DNA from: Candidatus Obscuribacterales bacterium
Lineage (GTDB): Bacteria > Cyanobacteriota > Vampirovibrionia > Obscuribacterales > Obscuribacteraceae
Direction: 5' to 3'
NCBI GenBank assembly: GCA_965228855.1
Contig: CBDDIJ010000003.1
Coordinates: 2,624,001-2,688,000, forward strand
DNA: 64,000 nt
The position numbers and the translations under genes are program-made. Position 1 is the stretch's first letter. The number at the start of each line of letters is the position of its first letter. The notes beneath the pieces were generated by a model, which was given only the letters and a program-made list of their open reading frames with translations, ran no database searches and was not told the DNA's origin. This document shows positions 28,843-38,854 of the stretch, one piece after another.

Positions 28843-31800
28843 CTAGAGCCAATGGCTATATTGCAGTCCAGCTGAAACCAAGCAGATACCGATCGCTATG
28901 TAGGCAAACATTCTGAAACCGCGGTTGGTGGCATTGTCTGCCTCCTGCCCAGGTCCGACCATGAGAGAACGCCAGAAGCAAAAGAAAGCCATAATTGCCA
29001 TCGTGATCGGCAGCGAATGGTAGAGAACAAAAATTGGCAATTGCTGATTCTTTGCAATCCAAACTTTCGTAGGTCGCTCCGGCGGGACAGCTGCGGTCGC
29101 GCTCTTCGCAGCCTGGGCAATCTTGCAATTACTCATATCTTTTCCGCCCATCGAGCCGAGCGTGACAACCTGCCCCCCATCTCGAAGACGGAAGAAATTG
29201 CCGTTTCGATCCGCGCCTCTGACGAAAAAGCCGACGCCCTTAGCTACCCCGGCTGTAGAATCGACAATTGCGTAGCCACGAACTTCTCCTCTCGTGAAAT
29301 TGTCCTCTCCAAGGATAAGTGAGCCGTTCTGCAGCATAGAGATAAGCTCCTGCCGATTCCCGCGACTCTCCGGAAGCACCTGCAGTTTCAAAAATCCGGA
29401 TTGGCCGGTGAATGGGTTTGCGTACATATAAGCCTGCGACTGAAGCTGGGCGGCTTTGGTCGGATATCCCTGTCCGGCAGCCGCGAACGCCGCTCCGGCA
29501 GAGGCAAACTTAGCCATTTTTTCTACAACGAGAAAGTCAGGCGCTTTTCTATCGAAAAGAATGGTGCCCGTGTCGGTGATCATTCCCTCGGGGACATGAT
29601 TGAACCAGATCTGTTTCTCCATCAATGAATCAACCGCCTGCATAGCGATTGTCGACCAACTTCCGTCGTAAATCACATATGGAGCGGTAATAGCACTCGG
29701 ACCATCAACCAGCGTGCAACTAGTCGTTCCAACGGCAAGTCGCATAGAAGTATCCGGGCTGGCGTAAACCTCGGCATTTGCCTGCGCCGCACCTGCGCCG
29801 GTGAGCACCTGTCCGGTCGCAGGCGGAGGCGCCTTTGAAGCGGTCAGGGAGATAAACACATAACCGCCAACAAATAAAATTACCAGCACCACCACTGGTA
29901 TCAGATATTCTTTTAGTGCTCTAACATTGGATACGAAATCTTCACTCTTCGATGCGGCAGCGCGAGCGGTTTTCACCTTTTTGACCGGCGCATCCTTGGA
30001 CGGTTGTCCAGGATGGAAACCGGACTCTTCACCCATATCCTCATACTCGACAGGCTCGTATGCAATTGGCGGAGCCTTCCTGCGACCCGTATCGAATTGC
30101 TTCTCAGGCGCGGTCGGCAGGGTTACGCCCTCGTGCCAGCCAGAGTCGGAAGCACTGTTATTGGGTCTGAATGCAGGGGGCATCGAAGGTGGCTCTGCTT
30201 CAACTCCCTGAGCCTGAGCTTTCAAATCCGCCACCTTTTGAGCAAGGTGATCGAGATACGGGTCCGGCTTATTCCGCCTGCCGCTCTCGGAAAACGAGTC
30301 CTGTCCTGGTGGTGCACCTAGGGGTGCGCCGACTGAAGATTGCAAGCCGCCAGCGCTCGAGCCTCTCATCTCCGGCTGATTGAGAGCCGGCGAGCTGGCA
30401 TCCGGAAATCGAGGAGGTCCATCCATGCGACCTTCAAAAGGTCGCGGCTCTGTATTCGGCGCCTCGAAGGGGCGAAATTCACTGTTGCCGCCACGAGGAA
30501 AGCTCGGTTGCAAGCCGGGACTCGGAGGAACGGGAGTTGGACGAATGGGCGGTTCTGAAGCCGAGCCGCCAAACGGATTGGACAACTGCTGAGCATCAGG
30601 AGAGGACGGAAATCCAGTGGGACCAGAGAAATTTTGAGGCGGCATGCTTTGCGGTGGCATGTTCGGCGGTGGCATGCTTTGCTGCGGCATGCTTTGCTGC
30701 GGCATGTTCGGCGGCGGCATGTTCTGCGGGGGTGATGGTGGGTTCTGAGCTGCAGCCGAAACGGGCAGCGGAGTGTATCCCGGCGGAGGAGCGTATCCAG
30801 GCGGGGGAGTGTATCCCGGTGGAGGCACAAGAGGTGTCGAGGGGCGCGGAGGAGAACCATTCATCGGCGGGTGCGCCTGAGTATTTGGCGGAACGGGCAT
30901 GCTACCGTTAGCAGGGACACCTTGATAGGGCATCGTATTCGGTGGCATGCCGGCATTGCCCGATGGTGTTACCGGTGGTGCGTCGAACAGACCAAGTTCG
31001 TTTAACAACTGAGCGCCAACAGAACGGATACCAGGGTCTTGAGCGCCGCTGGTATCAAATGGTGCACTCTGCACGGAAACAGAGCCATTATTACCAAATG
31101 GACTGCCTGGAGGATGCTCTCCTCCTCCCCGGTTGAACGGATCATTCAAAGTTTGTGGATCGCTGCCTGAGCCGGGCGAATTCTGAGGCGCCTGCATATC
31201 CGCCCACGACGTACTCTCCAGCCCCTCAAGAATATTCTCGTCCACGGTCGGCAACATCATGTGCGGCGGCAGAGCGGCTTTTGCCGGTTGTTGCAGGCCT
31301 GGAACTTGCGGCGGACCCGCCATCGATGGCATCGACGGCATTGCTGGTGCCGGCGGCATTGACGGCGGAAACATGGACGGCGGGCCAGGAGACATGGCTG
31401 GCGGAGCCATGGGTGGGCCGTTCTGCATTTCAGTCGGCATAGACGGTGGAGCCCCGGAGGGCATGTTCTGCATCATGGGCGGAGCAGCGGGCATGGCTGG
31501 CGGCGGCGCCATGGAGGGCGGCACCATCGACGGCGGATGTTCAACAGGTGCTGAACCTGGCATTCCTGGATAATTCGGCATAGGCGGAAGAGGAGGAGGG
31601 GGAGCCTTTTCCAACACGCCGACGGGTTCCGGAACTTTGATTACCGGACTGTTAACGGTGTTCTCTTTCCAGGCCTGGGCGGCTCGTTTGTTCTCCTCCA
31701 TGCGCTCAAGCAGAACTTCGTATCGCCCCTGCAGTTGCATTGCGAGCTGATGGTTCGGCGGCAAATGCTGTTTTGCGGTAGCGATCGCGAATTCATAAGT

Positions 31801-32166
31801 GGAGCGAGCCTCAACGAAAGAACCGACAAGCTCCTGTGTTCGGGCAATTTTAAACATCAAGTTGATGACGTCAGGATCGCTGTCACCTAACATTCCACGG
31901 GCGATCTGGCAGAGCCGTTCGTAAAGAGGCAGGCAATCTCGAAAGGCGTTCATTTGATAGAGTGCATCTGCCAGACGCTGAACGACCAGCACCGTATCCG
32001 GATGATTCGGTCCCAAACGCCCCTCGGTCATGCCAACCAGGTACTGATAAATTGACGCAGCTTCCTCGAATCGCCCTTCCATGCAGAGCGCATCGGCTTG
32101 AGCCAGCATTAGTCTCAAGTCTGTCCCCTGTTGTTGCGACTCGGTTTGGTTCATGTTGTCGGGCAA
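28843..32166 (-). CDS. Membrane protein: N-terminal TPRs, long Pro/Met/Ser-rich linker, TM helix, exported domain, C-terminal TM pair
   Basis: LGPNHPDT-type TPRs; hydrophobic segments YLIPVVVLVILFVGGYVF, LPITMAIMAFFCFW, MFAYIAIGICLV. Confidence 0.8.
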   Translation of the reverse strand: MPDNMNQTESQQQGTDLRLMLAQADALCMEGRFEEAASIYQYLVGMTEGRLGPNHPDTVLVVQRLADALYQMNAFRDCLPLYERLCQIARGMLGDSDPDVINLMFKIARTQELVGSFVEARSTYEFAIATAKQHLPPNHQLAMQLQGRYEVLLERMEENKRAAQAWKENTVNSPVIKVPEPVGVLEKAPPPPLPPMPNYPGMPGSAPVEHPPSMVPPSMAPPPAMPAAPPMMQNMPSGAPPSMPTEMQNGPPMAPPAMSPGPPSMFPPSMPPAPAMPSMPSMAGPPQVPGLQQPAKAALPPHMMLPTVDENILEGLESTSWADMQAPQNSPGSGSDPQTLNDPFNRGGGEHPPGSPFGNNGSVSVQSAPFDTSGAQDPGIRSVGAQLLNELGLFDAPPVTPSGNAGMPPNTMPYQGVPANGSMPVPPNTQAHPPMNGSPPRPSTPLVPPPGYTPPPGYAPPPGYTPLPVSAAAQNPPSPPQNMPPPNMPQQSMPQQSMPPPNMPPQSMPPQNFSGPTGFPSSPDAQQLSNPFGGSASEPPIRPTPVPPSPGLQPSFPRGGNSEFRPFEAPNTEPRPFEGRMDGPPRFPDASSPALNQPEMRGSSAGGLQSSVGAPLGAPPGQDSFSESGRRNKPDPYLDHLAQKVADLKAQAQGVEAEPPSMPPAFRPNNSASDSGWHEGVTLPTAPEKQFDTGRRKAPPIAYEPVEYEDMGEESGFHPGQPSKDAPVKKVKTARAAASKSEDFVSNVRALKEYLIPVVVLVILFVGGYVFISLTASKAPPPATGQVLTGAGAAQANAEVYASPDTSMRLAVGTTSCTLVDGPSAITAPYVIYDGSWSTIAMQAVDSLMEKQIWFNHVPEGMITDTGTILFDRKAPDFLVVEKMAKFASAGAAFAAAGQGYPTKAAQLQSQAYMYANPFTGQSGFLKLQVLPESRGNRQELISMLQNGSLILGEDNFTRGEVRGYAIVDSTAGVAKGVGFFVRGADRNGNFFRLRDGGQVVTLGSMGGKDMSNCKIAQAAKSATAAVPPERPTKVWIAKNQQLPIFVLYHSLPITMAIMAFFCFWRSLMVGPGQEADNATNRGFRMFAYIAIGICLVSAGLQYSHWL
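30638..30824 (-). repeat. Intragenic tandem repeats (15-nt MPxxx x6; 18-nt PPPGYx x3)
   Basis: GGCGGCATGCTTTGC-like units and GGAGTGTATCCCGG-like units. Confidence 0.8.
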
Positions 32167-32298
32167 ACTTTCTCAGTGGTCATTAAATCTTAAATACCCG
32201 AAAAACGAATTTTGAACTTGATTAGTTACGCATAGCTTCCAATAAATCTATTTATTTATGTGATACTCTCTGAGTCCTCCGACCATTGAGGTGCTCAT

Positions 32299-32646
32299 AT
32301 GTCTCTAGATTGGGTTTATCACCGCCCCGGTTGAGTGTCCTGCACAAGGGCTCAAGAGTTTCTTGAGCGAAAGAAGATTGATACAGTCGAGCAGGTCAAC
32401 GCCAAACAAACGAAATTCGGACTGGACGAAGCGGTCGAACTCGCTTCAAAGGTCAAAGAGTTGTATGTTTTGAAGGGAACGAAAGTTGTTCATGTCGACC
32501 TCAAGAAAGAAAAGCCGAGTCGGGAAGAGCTCGGCAAGCTGCTGCTTGGTCCGACAGGCAATCTGCGTGCGCCCACGATTATTCAAGGCGATACTCTTCT
32601 CGTAGGCTTCAACCAGGAGACCTACGAAAAGGTTTTGCACGAATAA
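32299..32646 (+). CDS. ArsC/Spx-like selenoprotein (UxxC), 115 aa, TGA at 32332-32334 read as Sec
   Basis: GAGGTG RBS, ATG 32299, MSLDWVYHRPG-TGA-VSCTRAQEFL...LLGPTGNLRAPT..LVGFN; the TGA sits at the first Cys position of the thioredoxin-fold CxxC. Confidence 0.85.
32350..32368 (+). promoter_or_regulatory. Putative bacterial SECIS hairpin
   Basis: GCTCAAGA-GTT-TCTTGAGC perfect 8-bp stem; loop starts with G, 23 nt after the TGA. Confidence 0.7.
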
Positions 32647-32677
32647 GTTCAAAAGACACTGATAGCAAATATGGTGC

Positions 32678-34327
32678 CTAGATAACGGCACCATCAAGAT
32701 AGACCATCAGCTCTTCCATGCTGCGATAGCGTGTGTTGGCTTCTTTCCGCAACGCCTTCATCACGATGCCGTTGAGAATGGCGGGAAGATGCATGCCGAT
32801 CGGTGTAGAGGCAATGTTCGGCACCTCGCAATTGACGTGCTGGAACATCACCTCCATGACGTCCTTTCCGACGAAGGGAGGGCGTCCGGTCAAAGTTTCG
32901 TACATCAAGCATCCCATCGAATAAATATCGGCTCTTTTGTCGAGAACATGACCGCGACACTGTTCGGGGCTCATGTAGAGCGGACTTCCGATCACCAGAC
33001 CCATCTCGGTTTTAACCGCATTCGAATTGTCCGGACGCACCAGTTTAGCAACGCCGAAATCAGCAATCTTGACGCGCAGGTCCAGCGTACCATAGCCAGA
33101 AACCAGGACATTACTGGGTTTCAGATCACGATGCACGATTCCGGATCTGTGAGCAAATCCCAAACCGAGACATATCTGTTTAAACATCTCCACCGCCAGT
33201 GGTGCAGGCACAGCGCCCTCATGATCGATGATTTCGCGCAATGTAGGACCATCGACGAATTCCTGAATCATAAATGCAGTGCCATCACTGGCGACACCAA
33301 AATCAATGACTCGAATGACATTGGGATGTTCGAGCGAATTGGCAGCAGCTGCCTCCTGACGGAATCTTTGCAGCAGGTCCAGATCGGGCATGAGTTCCGG
33401 GTGCATTACCTTGATAGCGGCCAGTCTGTTCATGAATCGGTGGCGCGCTTTGTAGACCGTTCCACCAGAGCCGGAGCCGAGAACGGAGAGAATTTCGTAG
33501 CGCTCGGCAAATGTCGTGCCGACCATTTTGTCGTCTTTGGTTTCTGCTCCATCGAACGGACAGATGTCGGAATCCGGAGGCAATTTAGCTTTGCAGCGCG
33601 AGCAGATTCTTGCAAGTTGGTGATCCGTAGTAATCCGGCGCGGCCGGTCTTTGACCTTAGGCATAGACTCCGCGGCTTCGGAGGTATTTGCTATCTTGTG
33701 CAAAACTCGTCGCGTATAAGCGTGAACCTTGTTGATAGGAATGCCGAGTTGCTCTGAAATGTCCTCAATTGGCGAGCCTTCAAGGACACTGTAGAGCACG
33801 CTCATCTCGGTTCCACTAAGCTGATAATTTTGCGAAGTGACTTCCGGATCGACTCTTCGCAAGGTGCGCAAGAGGCGATTAGCCACAGTGTCGTCCAACC
33901 AGGTGTGACCGTCGCTGACGGTTTTCATAGCGGTTATCAGCGTCTCCCGCGACACATCCTTAAGACAATAGCCATCTGCACCAGCTTCGAGTGCTGGAAA
34001 GACATATTCGTCCTCGCCGTGGCTACTCAGGACGAGAATTCGGGTATTGGGAAGAGCCGCCTTAATCTTGCGGGTCGCAACTATGCCGTCGAATCCGGGC
34101 AAAGCGATATCCATCAATACGAGACTGGGCCTGGTAGCAATTGCCTGCTCAACTGCACTGGGACCATCGCCGGCCTCCGCTACCATCTCTATATCAGACA
34201 TTCCTTGAAAGGATAACTTAAGACCGAGGCGAAGAACCTCTTGATCCTCAACCAGCAGGACTCTCATCGGCGAGCCGTCACTCACGTCTGAACTCGGTGG
34301 AGCGAACCCTTGATGAATTATCGACAT
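32678..34327 (-). CDS. Fusion of receiver domain, LuxR-type HTH, Zn-ribbon-like motif and Hanks Ser/Thr kinase
   Basis: LLVED..LMD..LSS..CLK; LSGTEMSVL HTH; CSRC..CPFDG; GSGSGG, AIK, HRDLKPSN, DFG, YMSPE. Confidence 0.9.
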   Translation of the reverse strand: MSIIHQGFAPPSSDVSDGSPMRVLLVEDQEVLRLGLKLSFQGMSDIEMVAEAGDGPSAVEQAIATRPSLVLMDIALPGFDGIVATRKIKAALPNTRILVLSSHGEDEYVFPALEAGADGYCLKDVSRETLITAMKTVSDGHTWLDDTVANRLLRTLRRVDPEVTSQNYQLSGTEMSVLYSVLEGSPIEDISEQLGIPINKVHAYTRRVLHKIANTSEAAESMPKVKDRPRRITTDHQLARICSRCKAKLPPDSDICPFDGAETKDDKMVGTTFAERYEILSVLGSGSGGTVYKARHRFMNRLAAIKVMHPELMPDLDLLQRFRQEAAAANSLEHPNVIRVIDFGVASDGTAFMIQEFVDGPTLREIIDHEGAVPAPLAVEMFKQICLGLGFAHRSGIVHRDLKPSNVLVSGYGTLDLRVKIADFGVAKLVRPDNSNAVKTEMGLVIGSPLYMSPEQCRGHVLDKRADIYSMGCLMYETLTGRPPFVGKDVMEVMFQHVNCEVPNIASTPIGMHLPAILNGIVMKALRKEANTRYRSMEELMVYLDGAVI

Positions 34328-34444
34328 AGCTACTCCCGGCTTGCGGCGCGTTTTTCAGGATGCCGTCAGGTGATTCCAGCAAGCCTTACTCTATTAATAG
34401 CGGAAACACACGGCCGGGCACATCGCGCGAATGACTGACTTAAG

Positions 34445-34481
34445 AAAAATGACCCGGCCACCCATATGGGTGATCGAGCCA
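34445..34481 (-). terminator. Intrinsic terminator
   Basis: Minus strand TGGCTCGATCACCC-ATAT-GGGTGGCCGGGTCA-TTTTT. Confidence 0.6.
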
Positions 34482-34524
34482 CTTGAAGACCGATCTGTGC
34501 GCCGCTAGCGGCAATGCAACTTTC

Positions 34525-34791
34525 TTACTTAGCTGCTTCCGAAGCTTCGGGCTTGTCGAAGTGTTTGTCGTCCGTCAAAAATCCCAGGACGAAACCGAAG
34601 AACGCTCCGGCAACCCCACCCCAAATCGCGCCGCCCACAAAGTTATAGACAGGTTCAACACTCTGAGGCTGCGGCCAGAATTTTATAATCTCAAAAGACC
34701 CGCCCGTCACAAGGGCGCCGCCGATTGCCATTACGATCATCGCTGCGATCGGGAGAGTCAATCCTGACTGAGTCACGGTTTTCTTGGTCAT
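34525..34791 (-). CDS. Small two-TM membrane protein
   Basis: Two Gly-rich hydrophobic helices; GAGG RBS. Confidence 0.7.
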   Translation of the reverse strand: MTKKTVTQSGLTLPIAAMIVMAIGGALVTGGSFEIIKFWPQPQSVEPVYNFVGGAIWGGVAGAFFGFVLGFLTDDKHFDKPEASEAAK

Positions 34792-34892
34792 TGCTTCCTC
34801 AATATGCGGTCTCGCCGCGTTTCTTAGACAGACTTAACGCTGAAGAACACTTCAAACGACGCCAGTATAACACCCATGAAAACTGCGCTTCG

Positions 34893-35432
34893 TTAATCAG
34901 ATTTCGGAAGCAATAAAAGTGCAACGCCGGCAATCGTCTTGGCATCCCGAATTTTGCCACCCAGGACCAGTTGCCAGGCTTCTTTCAGACTGATGTCCAT
35001 CACGTCGGTGTGTTCATCGATGTCCAGATTTTTACCTACGAAAGTCAGGTCGCTCGCCCCGTACAAATAGAGAATTTCATTGCAAAACCCGGGAGCGGAG
35101 AACATTTTCGAAAGATCTTTCCATTCCTTCGCTTCGAACCCGGTTTCCTCTGTGAGCTCTCGACGGGCTGCCGGAAAGGGGTCTTCGCCCTTCTCAATGC
35201 GCCCGGCCGGCAATTCAATCAATTCTTCGTCGATAGAGTAGCGATACTGCCGGATGAGAAGAATGCGATCTTCCGCAGGCTGCGCCGCGATTACAACCCC
35301 TCCGTTGTGTTCGACCACTTCGCGCTCGACTTCGATTCCTTCATTAATTAGCTTGTCGATCCGGAGGTTGATTATGCCGCCCTCATGGACTCTTTCGGTG
35401 TCGATACAATGGTCTCGTGTAAACAGTGTCAC
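34893..35432 (-). CDS. NUDIX hydrolase (ADP-ribose pyrophosphatase NudF-like)
   Basis: QYRY, ELPAG..E..AARRELTEETG, SAPGF, DAKT. Confidence 0.9.
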   Translation of the reverse strand: MTLFTRDHCIDTERVHEGGIINLRIDKLINEGIEVEREVVEHNGGVVIAAQPAEDRILLIRQYRYSIDEELIELPAGRIEKGEDPFPAARRELTEETGFEAKEWKDLSKMFSAPGFCNEILYLYGASDLTFVGKNLDIDEHTDVMDISLKEAWQLVLGGKIRDAKTIAGVALLLLPKSD

Positions 35433-35508
35433 GCAAAAATCTCCTCAATTGGACAATCAGTTTACATGCCGGAAGGCGACTGCGCTATCATGATCGCAGC
35501 AGATCGTT

Positions 35509-36846
35509 ATGAACTACAACGAATCAATTGCCTACATCGAAAGCCTGATACCGACGCTCGAGCGACCAACTCTTGCGCGCATGCAATCGTACATGCAGGA
35601 CGAAGGCGGTATCCAGGACAAGATCAAATGTTTTCACGTGGGCGGAACTAACGGTAAAGGTTCCACTGCCACCATACTTGATGCCGTTTTAAACTCCATG
35701 GGCTTGAAGGTTGGAAAGTTCACCGGACCGCACATCATGCGGTTCAACGAACGTTTCTCTATCAACGGTCAATCTATCTCGGACGACTCGTTTGCAAAAA
35801 CCGCCAGCAGCGTCCGCGAAAAATCAGAAGCTTTCGGCAGACGCCATGAGGATCTGGGAAGACTGACATGGTTTGAATTCTTGACGGCAATGGCTTTCTC
35901 GTTCTTCTGGGAAAACCATGTCGACTGCGCCGTTCTCGAAGTCGGATTGGGCGGGAGATTCGACGCTACGAATGTAGCAAACAACGTCCAGTCAACCGTA
36001 ATTACGAACGTAGATCTGGATCACATGCATATTTTGGGTGACACAGTTTCCAAAATCGCCTTTGAAAAGGCAGGCATAATGAGGAAAGGCGTTCCCGTGA
36101 TTACTACGGCCAGAGGAGACGCATTGCTCGAGCTGAAAGCCAGGGCTCGCGAAGTCGGTACGTATCTGGTAGAAGTCGAGCGGGAAAGGCCGGATTTCAT
36201 CAGCCTCGAAGAAGAAGCAAACATAGTTTCAGCACTTTCGGAACTGTCACTGACCGGACCGCACCAACAACGCAACGCTCGCATGGCCGTCACTGCAGCT
36301 TTAGCATCACCGCTTGGTGCCGGCAATCGAAGCTTTCTCGATAATCTCTCCGATTGTTTGCATCAAGTTTACTTTCCTGGACGCATGCAGGTTTTACCAG
36401 AGCAGAACATTCTTATGGATGGTGCCCATAACCCGGCGGGCGCAGCAGCTCTTCGACGAGCACTGGAGGAACGAGCGCCGGACAAAAACCATTGTTTCGT
36501 TCTCGGTTTATTCGGCAACAAAGACGCTCCAGCGTATCTGCAACAGTTGCTAAGGAAAGGTGATCGCGTCGTTGCCGTGGAAGCAGAGGGAAGACGAGCC
36601 ACGTATCCAAAGGAACAGATAGCCGCATGCTGCGAGGAACTCGGTATCCATGCAACCCAGGCAAAGTCGATGGACGAGGCGTTGAAGTGGGCTCGCGCTG
36701 AAAGGTTTTCAAACGAAATAATCGTCACTGGGTCGTTTGCAATCTTGAAAGAAATGATGTTGCATCTCGGCTGGAAGTCAGTCGAAGATGGTCGCGACTC
36801 GATGGTAATCCGGCAGGTCTCGAAACCCCGACCAATAACATCCTGA
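35509..36846 (+). CDS. folC: Folylpolyglutamate/dihydrofolate synthase
   Basis: HVGGTNGKGST, LEVGLGGRFDATN, IAFEKAGI, DGAHNP, TGS. Confidence 0.95.
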   Translation: MNYNESIAYIESLIPTLERPTLARMQSYMQDEGGIQDKIKCFHVGGTNGKGSTATILDAVLNSMGLKVGKFTGPHIMRFNERFSINGQSISDDSFAKTASSVREKSEAFGRRHEDLGRLTWFEFLTAMAFSFFWENHVDCAVLEVGLGGRFDATNVANNVQSTVITNVDLDHMHILGDTVSKIAFEKAGIMRKGVPVITTARGDALLELKARAREVGTYLVEVERERPDFISLEEEANIVSALSELSLTGPHQQRNARMAVTAALASPLGAGNRSFLDNLSDCLHQVYFPGRMQVLPEQNILMDGAHNPAGAAALRRALEERAPDKNHCFVLGLFGNKDAPAYLQQLLRKGDRVVAVEAEGRRATYPKEQIAACCEELGIHATQAKSMDEALKWARAERFSNEIIVTGSFAILKEMMLHLGWKSVEDGRDSMVIRQVSKPRPITS

Positions 36847-36942
36847 CAGTCCTAAAAAGCTCAAAAAGCTCTGAACTTCTCTGAAACTCCGCATGTCTTT
36901 GGTAGAATGCGATGGCTATCGTTTAGACAGCGGTGATATATC

Positions 36943-38685
36943 TTGCCCGAAAAACAAACAACCCATGCTCTGCAAGGTCACGTAAAGCACCAGGGACTAC
37001 CGGTTTCCGGCGTCACGGTCCGAGTGTTTTCAGCCTACTCGGTCGCTATGTCAGGCTCAATGCGGTCTGACCCTCCAATTGCCGAGGCGACGACCGGCAG
37101 CAAGGGCGAATACTCGTTTCAGCTGCCGAACGGCAACTACGTCGTAGAATTCATTCCCAGCTCGCGCACCCGATTCTTGAAGGAGCGAGCAAGCGACGTT
37201 GAGCTTTACAACAATGTCACCTGCAACATCGCGCTTACAACCGGACAGCTGCTCACGGGCTCAGTCACGACAAATAACGGCAAGAAGCTCAAGGATAGCC
37301 AGGTTGTAGCTCTGGGTATCGAACCGACACCGTACTCGGCGACCAGCCCGATCGCTCAAGACGGTACGTTCACACTCGTTTTACCCAGAGGCAAATTTCA
37401 CATCGCATCTCGACACGAGTCGGACGACGCCGGAAACACTGAGTTCAAAGGAGAAAACGGCTCCTTCTCCTATCCATACATCTGCACACAAGTGCAGGTC
37501 GTTGACCTGGTGGTCGATGGCGAGCTGGATTTGACGCTTCCGGAACTCGTGTTGTTCAAAGGTGAAATTCATGATGTTTTCGGTCAGCCGATCCACGGTG
37601 CAACAATTAGGTTTCACCCCATAATCGGTTCTGAACAACTGGTCGTTCGTGAATTGAGTTTAAATGCTCAATGCAAGAGCGATCTGGACGGCTGCTTCAA
37701 GATCTGGCTAGAGCAGGGCACCTATGAGCTTGAAATTATTCCTGTTGCCTCCGCCACTCATTTCGGTTTGAAAGAAACAAACATTCGAGTTCAGAGCGAC
37801 ATCTCGCGAAAGTTTGTCCTTGAAGAAGGGCATAAACTGCAGGGACTCGTTACCTTCAAAGACGAACCGCTCGGTAGTTGTTTTGTTCACGTTCAGGATG
37901 TGGACGGCAATAAGGAGTTCATGGCGAAAACCGACGAAGATGGCAAGTTCCAGCTCGGAGTGCCGCGCGGCGACTATAAGATCGTGGTTGTGGCCAATCC
38001 GAAGAGCGCGCCGACTGTCACTATAGATGGTGCCGAACACGCCGGCATCGCACCCTGGGCAAAAATTATCACCGTAGAAGGCGATATGAAGATACCGGTC
38101 GATCTCCGCTCCGGGACTGCGTTACGAGGAAGAGTCCGCGATGACTCCGGTCAAGCTAGAGCGGGAATGAAAATTTCTGTTTTTCCTGACAACAAAAAAG
38201 CATTGAATGCTGATACCGCAAACTGGAATCTCGCTATCGCTCATTCTGTAACTGACGCGGACGGCAGATATTCTATTTTCTTATCGCCGGATTCCTATTT
38301 CATTGTGGTTCACAAAGATTTCGAAAACGCCACACGGATTGAAGTGGCAGCCGAGCCGGTAAACCTGGATATCACCTGGCATGGCTGGTGTCAGATCAAA
38401 TTCGAAGTGATAGGCGATGACGGAGCACGCGTGCCGCGCTGCAAAATGGAGTACTACCCTTACGGAGAGCGCGAAGACGACCTTGCAGAATCGGCGAATC
38501 TGCCTCGAGGCTATGTGTTGACGGATGAAGATGGACGCTGTCAGGTGACGATACCGCAAGGCGTTTATACCTTCAAATTCAACCCGCCAAGTTCAGGCTC
38601 ATATGAGCCAAAAGATATCCGCCAGCTTTCGATTAGCTCAGATATCAGCCGCAAACTCGTGCTCGGCTTGAAAAACCGGTCTTGA
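36943..38685 (+). CDS. Carboxypeptidase-regulatory-like (transthyretin-fold) repeat protein
   Basis: About six repeats of G.V..G.P..TD.DG.F...L..G.Y; no obvious signal peptide. Confidence 0.75.
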   Translation: MPEKQTTHALQGHVKHQGLPVSGVTVRVFSAYSVAMSGSMRSDPPIAEATTGSKGEYSFQLPNGNYVVEFIPSSRTRFLKERASDVELYNNVTCNIALTTGQLLTGSVTTNNGKKLKDSQVVALGIEPTPYSATSPIAQDGTFTLVLPRGKFHIASRHESDDAGNTEFKGENGSFSYPYICTQVQVVDLVVDGELDLTLPELVLFKGEIHDVFGQPIHGATIRFHPIIGSEQLVVRELSLNAQCKSDLDGCFKIWLEQGTYELEIIPVASATHFGLKETNIRVQSDISRKFVLEEGHKLQGLVTFKDEPLGSCFVHVQDVDGNKEFMAKTDEDGKFQLGVPRGDYKIVVVANPKSAPTVTIDGAEHAGIAPWAKIITVEGDMKIPVDLRSGTALRGRVRDDSGQARAGMKISVFPDNKKALNADTANWNLAIAHSVTDADGRYSIFLSPDSYFIVVHKDFENATRIEVAAEPVNLDITWHGWCQIKFEVIGDDGARVPRCKMEYYPYGEREDDLAESANLPRGYVLTDEDGRCQVTIPQGVYTFKFNPPSSGSYEPKDIRQLSISSDISRKLVLGLKNRS

Positions 38686-38854
38686 TTTGCGAAGACGGTT
38701 TGCGCGGGCCGCTTTACGAAATACTGTCCTAAGTTATAGAGTAGGATCGTAAGCTGATCGAACTTGCGATATTATTCAAGTCGGACAAACTTCATTTTTC
38801 GGAATCTCTCACTTAGTACACCAGTCCTATATACACCTCATAGAGGGCGCATCG

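Noticed and set aside
32335..32646. 103-aa ORF starting at GTG 32335
   Set aside because: No RBS and it lacks the first redox residue; better explained as TGA read-through from ATG 32299
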